Assembly: GCA_034530875.2 (NCBI GenBank)
Contig: JAVRCJ020000023.1
Span: 1-64,000, forward strand
Direction: 5' to 3'
Length of the DNA: 64,000 bases
Source of the DNA: Nostoc sp. DedSLP01
GTDB lineage: Bacteria; Cyanobacteriota; Cyanobacteriia; Cyanobacteriales; Nostocaceae
The translations under genes were made by a program, and so were the position numbers. The notes beneath the pieces are model-generated. The model worked only from the letters and a program-made list of their open reading frames with translations. It was not told the origin of the DNA and did no database searches. This document shows positions 1 through 10,847 of the stretch, piece after piece; positions within the stretch are counted from its first letter, which is position 1, and the number at the start of each line of letters is the position of its first letter.

Positions 1-54
1 CGGTCTTGAGCAATTTGAGTCTACCTTTTTTGGCTGGAAACTCGCTCTGGGTCT

Positions 55-180
55 ACTTGTGTGTACACCGTAGCCTTAGAAAGGGGAGGGTTAGGGTGGG
101 GTAATTCGAGGACTGGTAGCGATTCGATAACTTGTGTGTACACCGTAGCCTTTTTAAGGGGGGCTAGGGGGGATCTAGGT
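55..180. repeat. Small dispersed repeat: two copies of ACTTGTGTGTACACCGTAGCCTT, each followed by a G-rich arm
   Basis: Identical 23-mer at 55-77 and 130-152, followed by AGGGGAGGGTTAGGGTGGGG and AAGGGGGGCTAGGGGGGATCT. Confidence 0.75.
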
Positions 181-315
181 TTCAGGCTTCAGTGCGTAAA
201 TTCTACAGTTAACTCTGAGCTGCCAATGTCAGTTTCAACGGTGAGATGAGCTTAACCTTTTAACCAGCTTCAGGGTAGCTTAGTATTAATCGACGAAAGC
301 GTGAAGCGTGAGTAT

Positions 316-993
316 ATGACAAGTACCGTTCAATCCCCCTACAGCAGCGAACAAATTGCAGCATGGTTGCGTGGACTGCTTACCATTGCTTGGGCTGATG
401 GTAATTATGACGAACACGAACAGGAAATAATTGCCAGTATCACTAAAAATGAATTAGCTCCTAAGATCCAATGGGATTCATTAGAAGTGATTACACCTGA
501 GGAATTAGCCGCAGTGTTGGGTAAAGCTACACCAGCAGCAGAAAATTTCTTAAGGACGGCGGTAATGGTAGCGATCGCAGATGGTACTTATTCTCCCAGC
601 GAAGATGAAGTTCTGCAACAGTTTAGCCAAGCCTTGGAACAGCCCGAAAATGTACTCCAAGCCCTGCGTTATACCCTGGAACATCCAGAGCAAATCACCC
701 CTACTATCCCTGCAACCGGACTGACAAAACCCCAAATTGATGCACTATATCGCGTGCGCGAGTGGCTTGATGGATTAGATATCGAAGACCCAAGAGTAGC
801 TCGCTTTTTGTGTAAGATGATTCCCTCCCAGTGTCCCTTTGAACGTGATGTAGTCTTATTTGGGCGTAAGATTGTCCATATTCCACCGATGTGTAAAATT
901 AACCCATTATACGAACAATTGGTGGGCTTACGTTTTCGTGCCCTTTCGTATTTAGCAGATAAATGTGGTGAAGATGTTTCGCCATATATTTAG
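316..993 (+). CDS. TerB-like N-terminal domain plus Mo-dependent nitrogenase C-terminal domain protein
   Basis: ORF 301-993, ATG at 316. AWADG and AIADG TerB-like motifs; C-terminal CKMIPSQCPFERD...HIPPMCKINPLYEQLVGLRFRAL. Confidence 0.85.
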   Translation: MTSTVQSPYSSEQIAAWLRGLLTIAWADGNYDEHEQEIIASITKNELAPKIQWDSLEVITPEELAAVLGKATPAAENFLRTAVMVAIADGTYSPSEDEVLQQFSQALEQPENVLQALRYTLEHPEQITPTIPATGLTKPQIDALYRVREWLDGLDIEDPRVARFLCKMIPSQCPFERDVVLFGRKIVHIPPMCKINPLYEQLVGLRFRALSYLADKCGEDVSPYI

Positions 994-1065
994 TCATTAG
1001 TCATTGGTCATTAGTCATTGGTCAATAGTCATTGGTCAATAGTCATTGGTCATTAGTCATTGGTT
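991..1065 (+). repeat. STRR heptamer array (TAGTCAT/TGGTCAT type)
   Basis: About 10 tandem 7-mers directly after the stop codon. Confidence 0.9.
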
Positions 1066-1075
1066 AGGCAGCATA

Positions 1076-1450
1076 ATGTCAAGTAGGAGGTTTCAATAAT
1101 TACGGGTTTATCAATTGGCAGAAAGATTAGCTGATGACATTTGGAAAATTGTTAATGGATGGGAGTCATTACCGCAAGATACAGTAGGTAAACAGATTAT
1201 CCGTTCGGCAGATAGCATTGGTGCGAACATAGCAGAAGGAGTAGGAAGAGGGAGTTATCAAGAGAATCGACGATTCGTCAGAATAGCGAGGGGGTCTTTA
1301 TATGAAACTCAGCACTGGCTAAGACGAGCATATAGCCGTAACTTGTTAACAAACGAACAGGTAGACGCACTCAAGCTAATCATTAATGACCTGGCGCCCC
1401 AATTAAACGCATATCTAAAATCAATTGGCAATATTCCAAATGACCAATGA
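1076..1450 (+). pseudogene. Four-helix-bundle (23S rRNA IVP/bAvd-like) protein with an in-frame nonsense codon at codon 8
   Basis: ATG1076 reads MSSRRFQ*LRVYQLAERL, TAA at 1097-1099, in frame with ORF 1115-1450. Family motifs QIIRSADSIGANIAEGVGR and FVRIARGSLYET. Confidence 0.8.
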
Positions 1451-1475
1451 CCAATGACTAATGACTAATGACTAA
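1439..1475 (+). repeat. STRR heptamer array (AATGACC/AATGACT), inverted relative to 991-1065
   Basis: Five tandem 7-mers overlapping the 3' end of the four-helix-bundle gene. Confidence 0.9.
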
Positions 1476-1478
1476 ATT

Positions 1479-2507
1479 ATGCAATTTATTGACCAAGCAG
1501 AAATTGAAGTTGCAGCTGGCAAAGGCGGCGATGGTATTGTCGCCTTCCGGCGGGAGAAGTACGTACCAGCTGGTGGCCCCTCTGGTGGTAACGGAGGACG
1601 AGGTGGTTCGGTAATTTTTGTTGCTGATGAAAACCTGCAAACCTTGCTGGATTTCAGATATAATCATCGCTTTCAAGCAGAAAACGGGACTCGTGGAGGC
1701 CCGAATAATTGTACTGGGGCTAATGGCAAAGATTTAATTATTGAAGTTCCTTGCGGTACGGCTATTTATGATGCCGAAACTGGGGAATTGTTAGGGGATT
1801 TAATTGAGCCTCAGCAAACTTTCCTTGTTGCTCAAGGTGGTAAAGGTGGACTGGGAAATCAGCATTTTTTGAGCAACCGTAACCGCGCCCCAGAATATGC
1901 TCTCCCAGGATTACCAGGGGAAATAAAGCAGTTGCGTTTGGAGCTGAAACTTTTAGCAGAAGTCGGAATTATTGGCTTACCAAATGCTGGTAAATCTACT
2001 TTAATTTCATCTCTATCAGCTGCACGCCCAAAAATTGCAGATTATCCCTTCACTACTCTTATCCCTAATTTGGGTGTAGTGCGCAAACCTACTGGCGATG
2101 GTACAGTTTTCGCTGACATTCCCGGACTAATTGAAGGAGCAGCTCAAGGCGTTGGGCTAGGACACGATTTCTTGCGTCATATCGAGCGCACGCGGGTGCT
2201 ATTGCACTTGATTGATGCCACTAGCGAAGATGTGGTTGGAGATTATAACACCATTCAGCAAGAATTAAAAGCTTATGGAAGGGGTTTAGCAGAGCGATCG
2301 CAAATTTTGGTATTGAATAAAATTGATGCAGTCGATCGCGAAACTGTCGATTTGGAAGCCTTAGCTACCCAACTGAATCATCTCTCCTACGCCCCGGTTT
2401 TTTTGATTTCAGCAGTTACCCGCATCGGCCTAGAGCCAATGTTACAGCAAATCTGGGATATTCTCGACCAAATCAAGGCCGCCCAAGAAGTAGAAATATT
2501 TCGCTAA
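1479..2507 (+). CDS. obgE: GTPase Obg/CgtA
   Basis: [19 protein letters not shown], Gly-rich Obg fold, [28 protein letters not shown]. Confidence 0.98.
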   Translation: MQFIDQAEIEVAAGKGGDGIVAFRREKYVPAGGPSGGNGGRGGSVIFVADENLQTLLDFRYNHRFQAENGTRGGPNNCTGANGKDLIIEVPCGTAIYDAETGELLGDLIEPQQTFLVAQGGKGGLGNQHFLSNRNRAPEYALPGLPGEIKQLRLELKLLAEVGIIGLPNAGKSTLISSLSAARPKIADYPFTTLIPNLGVVRKPTGDGTVFADIPGLIEGAAQGVGLGHDFLRHIERTRVLLHLIDATSEDVVGDYNTIQQELKAYGRGLAERSQILVLNKIDAVDRETVDLEALATQLNHLSYAPVFLISAVTRIGLEPMLQQIWDILDQIKAAQEVEIFR

Positions 2508-2917
2508 CCAGGAATTATGTTGCAATACCTTGCTTTCGGGAAATCTTGATTACAAACTCAGCAACTTTTCCTAGTTGCAAAATACATTAGGCTTCTTGCA
2601 GAAATCGGTAAAAGGGTAAGGGCGAAAGGGGAAAGGGATAAGAAAAAACCCTTTCCCTTTTACATACATCCCTCTGCCCCCTGTTGTCTCCCCACTTCCC
2701 GAAATTACTAATACAAATCACTTCCTCCGCCCCCTCTGCCCCCTCTGCGTATCATTTTTAAAGTGAAATGGTATAAAACATCGATCGCACTTATGCGCGC
2801 TAACCAGCTGTAGCGCTGTTGCATTAGATAACATAATTGATACAAAACCTTAAAAAGCCTCTAGTGGCGTCAAATTCTTAGACTAGACTAGAACCACAGG
2901 GCAATCAGAGGAATAAT

Positions 2918-3523
2918 ATGATGAGCGATCGCGACTATACATTAATCATTGATAAAAGCGGTAGTATGTCTACACCCGACCAAGTGGGTGGTAGAAGTAG
3001 ATGGGAAATAGCCCAAGAGTCTACACTCGCTTTGGCAAGAAAGGCAGAACAATTTGACCCAGATGGCATTACTGTTTACGTGTTTTCTGGCAGATTTAAG
3101 CGCTACGACGATGTGACATCAGCTAAAGTCGCACAGATATTTCTCGAAAACGATCCTGCTGGCACAACCAACTTAGCAGGCGTACTACAAGATGCCCTCA
3201 ATAATTACTTTCAACGTAAAGCTGCTGGACGCACCAAGCCAAATGGTGAAACAATTTTAGTCATCACTGATGGCGAACCGGACGATCGCAAAGCTGTGTT
3301 TGAAACTATTATTCATGCTACTCGGCAAATGGAACGTGATGAAGAATTGGCAATTTCCATTATTCAAGTAGGTTCAGATGCCCAAGCAACTAAATTTTTG
3401 AAAGCTTTAGATGACCAACTGCAAAGTGTGGGCGCTAAATTTGATATTTGCGATACAGTGACTTTAGACGATCTAGAAGAAATGAGCCTTGTAGATGTAT
3501 TAACTAACGCCATCACTGATTAA
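2918..3523 (+). CDS. vWA domain protein (paralog 1)
   Basis: MIDAS motif DKSGSM, GTT, ITDGEP. Confidence 0.9.
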   Translation: MMSDRDYTLIIDKSGSMSTPDQVGGRSRWEIAQESTLALARKAEQFDPDGITVYVFSGRFKRYDDVTSAKVAQIFLENDPAGTTNLAGVLQDALNNYFQRKAAGRTKPNGETILVITDGEPDDRKAVFETIIHATRQMERDEELAISIIQVGSDAQATKFLKALDDQLQSVGAKFDICDTVTLDDLEEMSLVDVLTNAITD

Positions 3524-3710
3524 TATAGTAGGGAAGAGGGAATAGGCTTAAAAGTAAGTTTTTATATGTGTTTTAATGTCAGTTTATGCCATAAATTATA
3601 GTTCGACTCCTATAAAACATAAACTTTAAATTAAGACACGAAAAAATTTTTAGACACTAAAATTCCTACAAAAATGATAATTTTTGGTCAAATATTTGGA
3701 GAAGTTATAA

Positions 3711-4316
3711 ATGCTAGAAAATCGTGATTATACCTTAATTATCGACAAAAGTGGCAGCATGGCTACCCCAGATCAAAAGGGTGGTAGAAGCAGATGGCTA
3801 GCAGCGCAGGAATCTACTTTAGCTTTAGCTAGTAAATGCGAACAATTTGACCCAGACGGCATCACAATTTATACATTTTCTGGTAAATTTAAGCGCTATG
3901 AAAATGTGACATCGAGCAAGGTAGCACAAATTTTTCGAGAAAACGATCCCTCCGGTACTACTGACTTAGCAAGTGTACTAAAACATGCAACTGATGATTA
4001 CTTTCAACGCAAAGCCAGCGGTCAAACTAAGCCAAGTGGGGAAACAATTTTAGTGGTTACTGATGGCGAACCAGACGATCGCAAAGCAGTAATGAAGGTA
4101 ATTATTGAAGCATCTCGCCGCATGGATCGAGATGAAGAATTAGCTATTTCTTTCATCCAAGTGGGTACAGATCCCCAAGCTACCCGTTTTCTCAAAGTCT
4201 TAGACGATGAACTCCAAGGAGCCGGTGCTAAGTTTGATATCTGTGACACAATTACTATGGAAGATATGGAAGATATGAGCCTATCAGAAGTGCTACTCAA
4301 TGCCATTAATGATTAA
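3711..4316 (+). CDS. vWA domain protein (paralog 2)
   Basis: DKSGSM, VTDGEP; same 201 aa length and colinear with paralog 1. Confidence 0.9.
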   Translation: MLENRDYTLIIDKSGSMATPDQKGGRSRWLAAQESTLALASKCEQFDPDGITIYTFSGKFKRYENVTSSKVAQIFRENDPSGTTDLASVLKHATDDYFQRKASGQTKPSGETILVVTDGEPDDRKAVMKVIIEASRRMDRDEELAISFIQVGTDPQATRFLKVLDDELQGAGAKFDICDTITMEDMEDMSLSEVLLNAIND

Positions 4317-4389
4317 AAATCTCAAAATCCTTTTCTGTAGGTTTTGGAATAAATATCAAATCAAATATAAATTTCTATTTGATAGGGCT

Positions 4390-4798
4390 TATGAAAATGG
4401 ATTCAATTGATAAGCTGTTAGCTGAACTTAAAAACGAATACAAAGAAGAACAACCACAACAGCCGCCGCTAAAATCACCTCCAGCCAAATCGTTTATTCA
4501 AACATCACCAAAATCAGCATCTTTGATGGATAATCTTTTGGCAGAAGTTCAGGCTGATTTTGCCGAAATAGATGCTGCCGAACAATTAAAAAAACAGCAA
4601 GAACTAGAACAGGAAAGAATCCGGCAAGAACAACTTAAAGCCAGACAAATAGAAGCTTTAAAAGAACAAGCAAAAGAGTGGTTAGCTAAATTAGATCCAT
4701 TTTCGCCCGAAGGACTTTGGTTTGAAAGGTTTGCTGAAAGTTATCCTTCCAAATTAGAGGCCGCGATTGAATATTTACGCAGCAACGAACAAAGCTAA
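4390..4798 (+). CDS. Slr1339-like salt-stress coiled-coil protein
   Basis: MDSIDKLLAEL and C-terminal AKEWLAKLDPFSPEGLWFERFAESYPSKLEAAIEYL; start approximate. Confidence 0.7.
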
Positions 4799-4883
4799 TC
4801 TTTTCAACTCAATTAATATTACAAAAACCAGTAAACATCCCTTAGGTTGAATTAATACACATAATTGTTCGAGAGAAAGACAA

Positions 4884-4994
4884 ATGCGGGATCCAGATAA
4901 GAACGAAATTAAAATTGAGCCAGCGACCCTCGTTTTGATTGTGTCTGTGTTAATACTTTTGCCACTGCTGGTTGTTGGTTTTTTCTCGCAGTGA
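4884..4994 (+). CDS. 36-aa single-TM small protein, absent from the ORF track
   Basis: MRDPDKNEIKIEPATLVLIVSVLILLPLLVVGFFSQ*, with purine-rich GAGAGAAAGA upstream. Confidence 0.6.
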   Translation: MRDPDKNEIKIEPATLVLIVSVLILLPLLVVGFFSQ

Positions 4995-5173
4995 TGCAAT
5001 TTTACAAAATAACTGAACTATAGCAATCCTAAATAAATCGTAAAAGTCCTGGGCTTTTACGCACTTCAAACAAAGATGCGATCGCTTGGATTCGTTCCGG
5101 TGCAGCTCCCGTTGTTATGTGCCGAGCTACTCAGCTTAACGTGAATTGAGAGCGATCGCTCAACAGTCGATAC

Positions 5174-5339
5174 TCAGGCAATTCGTAAACGCTCAATATC
5201 CTTGATTGGTGGCGCGCCAAACATACGGGAATATTCGCGGCTGAACTGAGAAGGACTCTCATAACCCACCTGGTACGCTGCATAGGTTGCATCCGCATTT
5301 TCAGCCAGCATCAGACGACGGGCTTCCAATAGCCTCAAC
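5174..5339 (-). pseudogene. AraC-family regulator, C-terminal HTH remnant
   Basis: [55 protein letters not shown]-terminal part missing. Confidence 0.85.
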
Positions 5340-5589
5340 AGTGAAATGGTATGAGCTATTCCTCAAACGAATTCCGGACCCTTTTTGCGCTGACGTGTAC
5401 TTTGTGCGTCCAATTGTTGTCAAGCCAGCACCTTATTTGATAACAACAAGAAATCAGTAATAGTATCAAGACCTTTTAAACTTTTTTAGGGCTAAAGGAA
5501 CCTCGCTCAGTTCATCGATGATTGCATCTGCCTGTTTTGGTTTTGTCCAATGCGGCATGTGGGTTGCAAATTGCCTTCATCTGCGCTCA

Positions 5590-6003
5590 TCACTCTGGCT
5601 TGTTAAACACCTCACGCGATACACGATGTACAAGACTTGAAGAAACATAGAATATTGTGAATCCAATTAGAGGATGAAGCACCTCTAAATGAAGCGGAGT
5701 TTTAAGATGAATGCTGCAAAACTGAAGCCCAAGCAGCACAGGCAGACTGGCGGACAGCGAGCGAATTGGGTTAGAGAATGGAATGCTCAAAGACCCTACT
5801 AGCAATATTAGCGACACTCCACTATACCCTCGCACGAGCCACACATGAATTTTCCACCACACAGGATCGGCGAAGTAGGCAATACCAACTGTCAATACCT
5901 GAGCAATTAAGCAAATATTAAATAGGATTGAAGTTGCGTAAAAACTACGTTTTATCCAGTTTTTAGCACTAAGTGAGCGATTTATTTCTTGATTTACGAG
6001 CAT
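5590..6003 (-). CDS. DUF6220-like small membrane protein
   Basis: Four hydrophobic segments; AQVLTVG, WWKIH, LHPLIG. Confidence 0.6.
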   Translation of the reverse strand: MLVNQEINRSLSAKNWIKRSFYATSILFNICLIAQVLTVGIAYFADPVWWKIHVWLVRGYSGVSLILLVGSLSIPFSNPIRSLSASLPVLLGLQFCSIHLKTPLHLEVLHPLIGFTIFYVSSSLVHRVSREVFNKPE

Positions 6004-6491
6004 CTTAAACTACCTGGTTAACTTATAAATTAAATGCTTCGTCCAGTTGATAACGAAATCAATTTCTATACTAGGTATGACGACCCATTGGGTCTAGTCC
6101 TCGAAAGTGTACTTTTTTCACAAGTCTCGCTCGTGGGTATGTGATGGTGGAGCCGATTATCAATCGTCGTCAATTAGTCGCTATAGTGGGTTGCACTAGT
6201 GAAAAGTCAATGCCTGCCTTTGATGTTCAAACTTCCACCGCTTGTTTAAAGTTATGGATAACATTTAACTAATAAAGTTGTTCGAGAATTTCTCTCATCT
6301 TGAATTTAAAGGACAATTCAGTTTACCTAATGACTGCAACTCTCTTTTTAACTGTTTCCAAAGAGCGAGTCTGAATATATTCGAGCTATGCGATCGCTTA
6401 ATACACAAGAACGAGTAAAGTATTTGCGGTGGGTGATATCCTCTTGCTGTAAAGCGGGATTTGATAGGTAAAAAGCGATCGCTCTATATTC

Positions 6492-7346
6492 TTACAACCA
6501 AAACTTTCGATAATCCTCAACATATTGCCGCATCGTCAGTGGCGGACGACCAAGTAATTGCTCTACATCTGGTGTAATGCTACCCGCCAATCCTAAACGA
6601 GCAGTTGTATAAATTGCTGCCATTACCAAAATGAAGTCCAACGACAGCCCGCGCTCGCGCATTTGCCAAATAAACTTCAGCAATGAGGGATTAGTATAGC
6701 CAATTAATTTCCCCAAAACTTCTGTAAAAATGTCTGCCACTTCATAGTAAGTCAAAGCTTCCCTACCCGTGAGCGCATAAGCTTTTCCCAAATGCCCATC
6801 TTCAACCAAAGCACGTACCGCAACAGCAGCAATATCACGCACATCAATAAAACTGGTTTTACCATTTCCCGCCGGCATAAACAATTCGCCACGGGTTTTG
6901 ATATCCTCTCTGTGTACGGTGTTAAGATTTTGCATAAAAAAGCTAGCGCGTAAAAACGTGACAGGAATGCCCAATTGCTGGATGTAGCGCTCAATCTTGG
7001 CGTGCGGTACAAATCTGTTGCGCTCGGCTCCTAAAAGTGAAAGAAAAACGATATGCTCGACACCTGCAAGTTTTGCAGCATTCAGTGCCGGGGCAATTTG
7101 CTTGCGAACGTTGGCAAGTGCAGGTGGACGTACTAAAAAAAGTTTATTAACTCCTTCAAAAGCGCTTGCCCACGTGTCGGGGTTAATAAAATCGAACCAG
7201 ACACAATGAATCTTGCTGCCTAATATTTGTTGACCTTTGTCGGGATTTCTGAGTGCGGCACAGACATGACAATCGTGGGATAATAGCAAGCGAATAACTT
7301 CACAGCCAACATTCCCAGTCGCACCCGTCACTAAAATTTTTAACAT
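6492..7346 (-). CDS. NmrA-like/atypical SDR NAD(P)-binding oxidoreductase
   Basis: ILVTGATGNVG, SFIDVRDIA, YALTG. Confidence 0.9.
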   Translation of the reverse strand: MLKILVTGATGNVGCEVIRLLLSHDCHVCAALRNPDKGQQILGSKIHCVWFDFINPDTWASAFEGVNKLFLVRPPALANVRKQIAPALNAAKLAGVEHIVFLSLLGAERNRFVPHAKIERYIQQLGIPVTFLRASFFMQNLNTVHREDIKTRGELFMPAGNGKTSFIDVRDIAAVAVRALVEDGHLGKAYALTGREALTYYEVADIFTEVLGKLIGYTNPSLLKFIWQMRERGLSLDFILVMAAIYTTARLGLAGSITPDVEQLLGRPPLTMRQYVEDYRKFWL

Positions 7347-7806
7347 TGCTTGTTTGCCGATTTGGTTTAATTAAGAGGCGCATTTATCAACCTATTTCTA
7401 ACTTTAGAAGTCATTGCTGTTGCTCCCAATCTTCACTTCCCCAATCGACTGAGGCGCACCTTCATAGTCAATAACAATTGGAGCGTCTTGACAACTGCCG
7501 TCAGTCTGTTCAAAAAATCTTGGCAGCCATTTATGATATTGAGCCGAGATGCGACCAAAAACCTGCAAGATGACCTGGAAAGGCTTGATTTTACGTTGTA
7601 AATTACAGCTTTTTTAAATTTGATGTAGCAATTTTTCAAACACATACAGCACAAGGGTTTTCAGACCATATTGCAGAAAATTACTTGGGTCTCGGCTTAA
7701 TACCTAAGAAACCTCGCACGTAGCGTAAGCAGAGTGCGTAGGTAGTTCATAAAATCTGGTACGCATAGGACAACAGCTGCATAACCTTTTACACAAACTG
7801 AAAGTT

Positions 7807-8799
7807 TTAACTGCTAGAGTCTGAAGTTGTTGTGGATTGATAGCGGTCAATGAAGAAAGTTGTAACAGTTGCAATCACAGTGAATGCAACTAAACCAGCA
7901 AGAGCAGTTAAGGTTAGCGTATCGGGTGACGTTATTGGCTGGGCGCGTAATGCTTGCCAGGTAAATAAAAGCATTAACATTGCATAAGTAAAACTAGCAA
8001 TCCACATCAAAGCTAACTGTATGCGCCCTGCGAGATGCGGCAAACTAAAAGTAATTAACAAGCTAACTAATGGTAAAACTTGTACAGCATGAATACCTAG
8101 CAAATGAGGAAGTCGTAAATCACCACCCTGGGTATTGAGATATAAGATTGGGATACCAGGGCCACCATCAGGTACTCCCACGCTGTGAGCGCCAATATGT
8201 AACACTGGCTGACCTGCCAGCAGCATGGAGTATTGTTCAGGCGTTGGTAAAGTCATGAAAAAGCCAATGCCCATACCAATAAAGGTTAAGGATAATGAAA
8301 ACCTCAATGCCAGAGCTAAAACAGGTTTATCCAACGGCTCTAGCAGCATTAAGATTACCGTAACTAAAGTTGCTGCCCAAAGCAGGAGCAGCGCAATTTC
8401 CATGAATCTCCAGAGTGCTTCATCTTGGGGAGTACTAAAGTTGAAGTGACTGGTTGTATCCCGTAATACCTGAATGATGATGACTACTATTTGCACAACC
8501 AATGCAAAAGCTGTAGCATTGGCAGCCAACGTAGCTAGCTGCCGATGTTGCTTGAGCAAGCCCAACAGCCAGACTAAAGTCAACGAATATACGGAAGTTG
8601 AAAACGCAAACTTACATGGTTTGAGCCAAGCAGGTGCGCCAGTAATGACGCGCCCATCAATGAGCAACCCGGGCAGCATCAACAACAACAACCCAAAAGT
8701 AAAAATCCCTACGAAGGTTAGCGACTGGTTGATTGCCCAAAATTGCTTAAGAGTTTGTATCCCTTTGAATGCTTGTAAACGAAAATTGAAAATAGGCAT
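7807..8799 (-). CDS. Uncharacterised multi-TM membrane protein
   Basis: About 8 TM segments; WLKPCKF, SHFN, AHSVGVPDGGPG, GDLRLPHLLGIHAVQ. Confidence 0.75.
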   Translation of the reverse strand: MPIFNFRLQAFKGIQTLKQFWAINQSLTFVGIFTFGLLLLMLPGLLIDGRVITGAPAWLKPCKFAFSTSVYSLTLVWLLGLLKQHRQLATLAANATAFALVVQIVVIIIQVLRDTTSHFNFSTPQDEALWRFMEIALLLLWAATLVTVILMLLEPLDKPVLALALRFSLSLTFIGMGIGFFMTLPTPEQYSMLLAGQPVLHIGAHSVGVPDGGPGIPILYLNTQGGDLRLPHLLGIHAVQVLPLVSLLITFSLPHLAGRIQLALMWIASFTYAMLMLLFTWQALRAQPITSPDTLTLTALAGLVAFTVIATVTTFFIDRYQSTTTSDSSS

Positions 8800-9466
8800 A
8801 GAGCTTCCATACCCTAAGTATTAAAGAGCAAGTTTAAGAAAGTAATCAATCTAGGCATATTTAATTAATTTCATCTGGTTTTTCAAATGAAATTCAAAAT
8901 TTTAAAGTTATGCAGATGTAAATGCTACTAGTAAATAAAGCTGTAGCCAGATAGGTTAGGACATATTAAAAGCTTGAATGCTGGAAATAGTAAGACTTTC
9001 CCTCCTGCCTTCTGCCTCCTGCCTCCTGCTATAAATGGAGTAGCTTGATAATGTTGAGGTAATAATAAATATTAAATCAAGTTAGTATTAACACCATAGT
9101 TGCTCATGTGAAGTACTTAAAACTTTTCTAAGGTAGATTGTGAATTCATCCTTGTGCAAGATAACTATTGGTTCTAATAGTGCTTAACAATTCTGTTGAG
9201 AGTAACCAAGCAGTGAGAAAGGCGACAGCCGCCGTGTCTACATTCACGCGTTCGTCTAGCAAGGTTGGCGCAGCCATCCCACTTCTTGAGGAGTGCATTC
9301 AACAATTCGTAAATCAGCCGGTAAAACAAACTACCTTAAGAAAGGTTAAGTAGACTAAAACCCTCTTCTATCCAGCCTTATTAAAACGAATAAACGCTAT
9401 TAATCAAAAAATTAAAATACTGACAATAGTGTTCCTATCTTTGAGACTATACCTCAACCCAAGAAA

Positions 9467-10585
9467 ATGCTTAATAACGATCTAAAACTTAGAACCAAAA
9501 GGTACTTCCAACTTAGTTCGCAACTTGCTGGCTTAGACAATTCCCAATTGCATTCTTTGTTTGACGATAGTGAATCAGGTACATCAAGTTTAAGTTTGGG
9601 ACGAAATTACACCATCGTCCTTGGGCAATTCAAAGTCTTTGTCAAACGTATCCCAATTACAAACATTGAATATGAGAATCTATTTTCTACTAAAAATTTG
9701 TATAACTTACCAACTTACTTTAATTACGGTGTAGGGTCTATTGGTTTAAATGTATTCCGCGAACTTGTGACACATATTAAGACAACTAGCTGGGTATTAG
9801 AAGGAGCGATCGCCTCATTTCCTTTAATGTACCATTATCGAATTATTCCGTTCTCGGGAGTACGCAAAGATGCCGATATAGAAAATCACAAAACCTTTGT
9901 GGAGTATTGGGGGAACAATGCCAGTATTGAGAACTATGCATTAGATAGAGCCAACGCTAACTATGAATTAATTCTGTTTTTAGAGTACATACCATATATT
10001 CTGGCAACATGGCTGCAAGAAAACCCCAGCCAACTACAGAAATGCCTGGATGAATTACACAAAACAATTACCTTTTTGAGGACGAAGGGAATTATTCACT
10101 TCGACGCACATTACTACAATATCCTCACAGACGGCAAGCGAACATATTTAACCGATTTTGGTTTGGTACTTGACAGAAGTTTTGCATTAGCTCAAGATGA
10201 AGAGTCTTTTTTTGAGCAGAATCAATTTTATGACTATGGAGAAATCTTACGAAATCTTGGTCATCTTATTCGCTTATCGTATGATACATACTCTGAAAAC
10301 GAGAAACGCATAATCATGAAAAAATATGATATAAAAGAAAATTTAAAACCTTATGAATTAGCGTCTATATTACTTGACAACATAGAGCATTTATATGCTG
10401 ATAAACTTATGAAATTGGATAACTTTTTTGTGACTAGTACTGTCAAATACCGTAGTATTATTGCACTAATGCAAAACTTTTTTGTTGATATGCGTACAAA
10501 TAACCAGAAGAATCTAAAATTTCCTCATGCAAAACTGCAACAGTTGCTCGAAGAAACAGGCTTTGTTCCTAGTGGCGATTCTTAA
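9467..10585 (+). CDS. Protein kinase-like protein
   Basis: VFVKRIP, LFLEYIP, GIIHFDAHYYNIL, LTDFGL. Confidence 0.75.
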   Translation: MLNNDLKLRTKRYFQLSSQLAGLDNSQLHSLFDDSESGTSSLSLGRNYTIVLGQFKVFVKRIPITNIEYENLFSTKNLYNLPTYFNYGVGSIGLNVFRELVTHIKTTSWVLEGAIASFPLMYHYRIIPFSGVRKDADIENHKTFVEYWGNNASIENYALDRANANYELILFLEYIPYILATWLQENPSQLQKCLDELHKTITFLRTKGIIHFDAHYYNILTDGKRTYLTDFGLVLDRSFALAQDEESFFEQNQFYDYGEILRNLGHLIRLSYDTYSENEKRIIMKKYDIKENLKPYELASILLDNIEHLYADKLMKLDNFFVTSTVKYRSIIALMQNFFVDMRTNNQKNLKFPHAKLQQLLEETGFVPSGDS

Positions 10586-10692
10586 TTAATCCAGACTTCA
10601 GCTCTATCCGTCCTTTTAATGCAATCAACGATAATGGCACAGTCGCTTCGCTTTTACTGCCACCACAGGTATTACCCTCTATACATTAACTA

Positions 10693-10847
10693 AACGTGAA
10701 TTCGACGAACCTCTCCCTGCCTTGAACTAGCGTTCAAGCCCGTCCCTCTCCGAATCGGAGAGGGACGGTTTTACGTAGTAAAACCAGGGAGAGGTTTTTT
10801 TATTTGGCTAATTATATAGACACTATATTAACCGTCGAATTCACGTT
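10693..10847. mobile_element. MITE, 155 bp
   Basis: Perfect 15-bp TIR AACGTGAATTCGACG/CGTCGAATTCACGTT flanked by direct repeat AACTA (10688-92, 10848-52); internal GC hairpin. Confidence 0.8.

Noticed and set aside
55..152. Two identical 23-mers as a CRISPR array
   Set aside because: Only two units, G-rich flanks typical of dispersed repeats, no cas genes
301..993. Nitrogenase gene
   Set aside because: The domain name is historical; no Nif structural motifs or nif context
1076..1450. Avd-like gene as part of a diversity-generating retroelement acting on the RiPP cores
   Set aside because: No reverse transcriptase or TR/VR pair in the window; core differences are not adenine-specific
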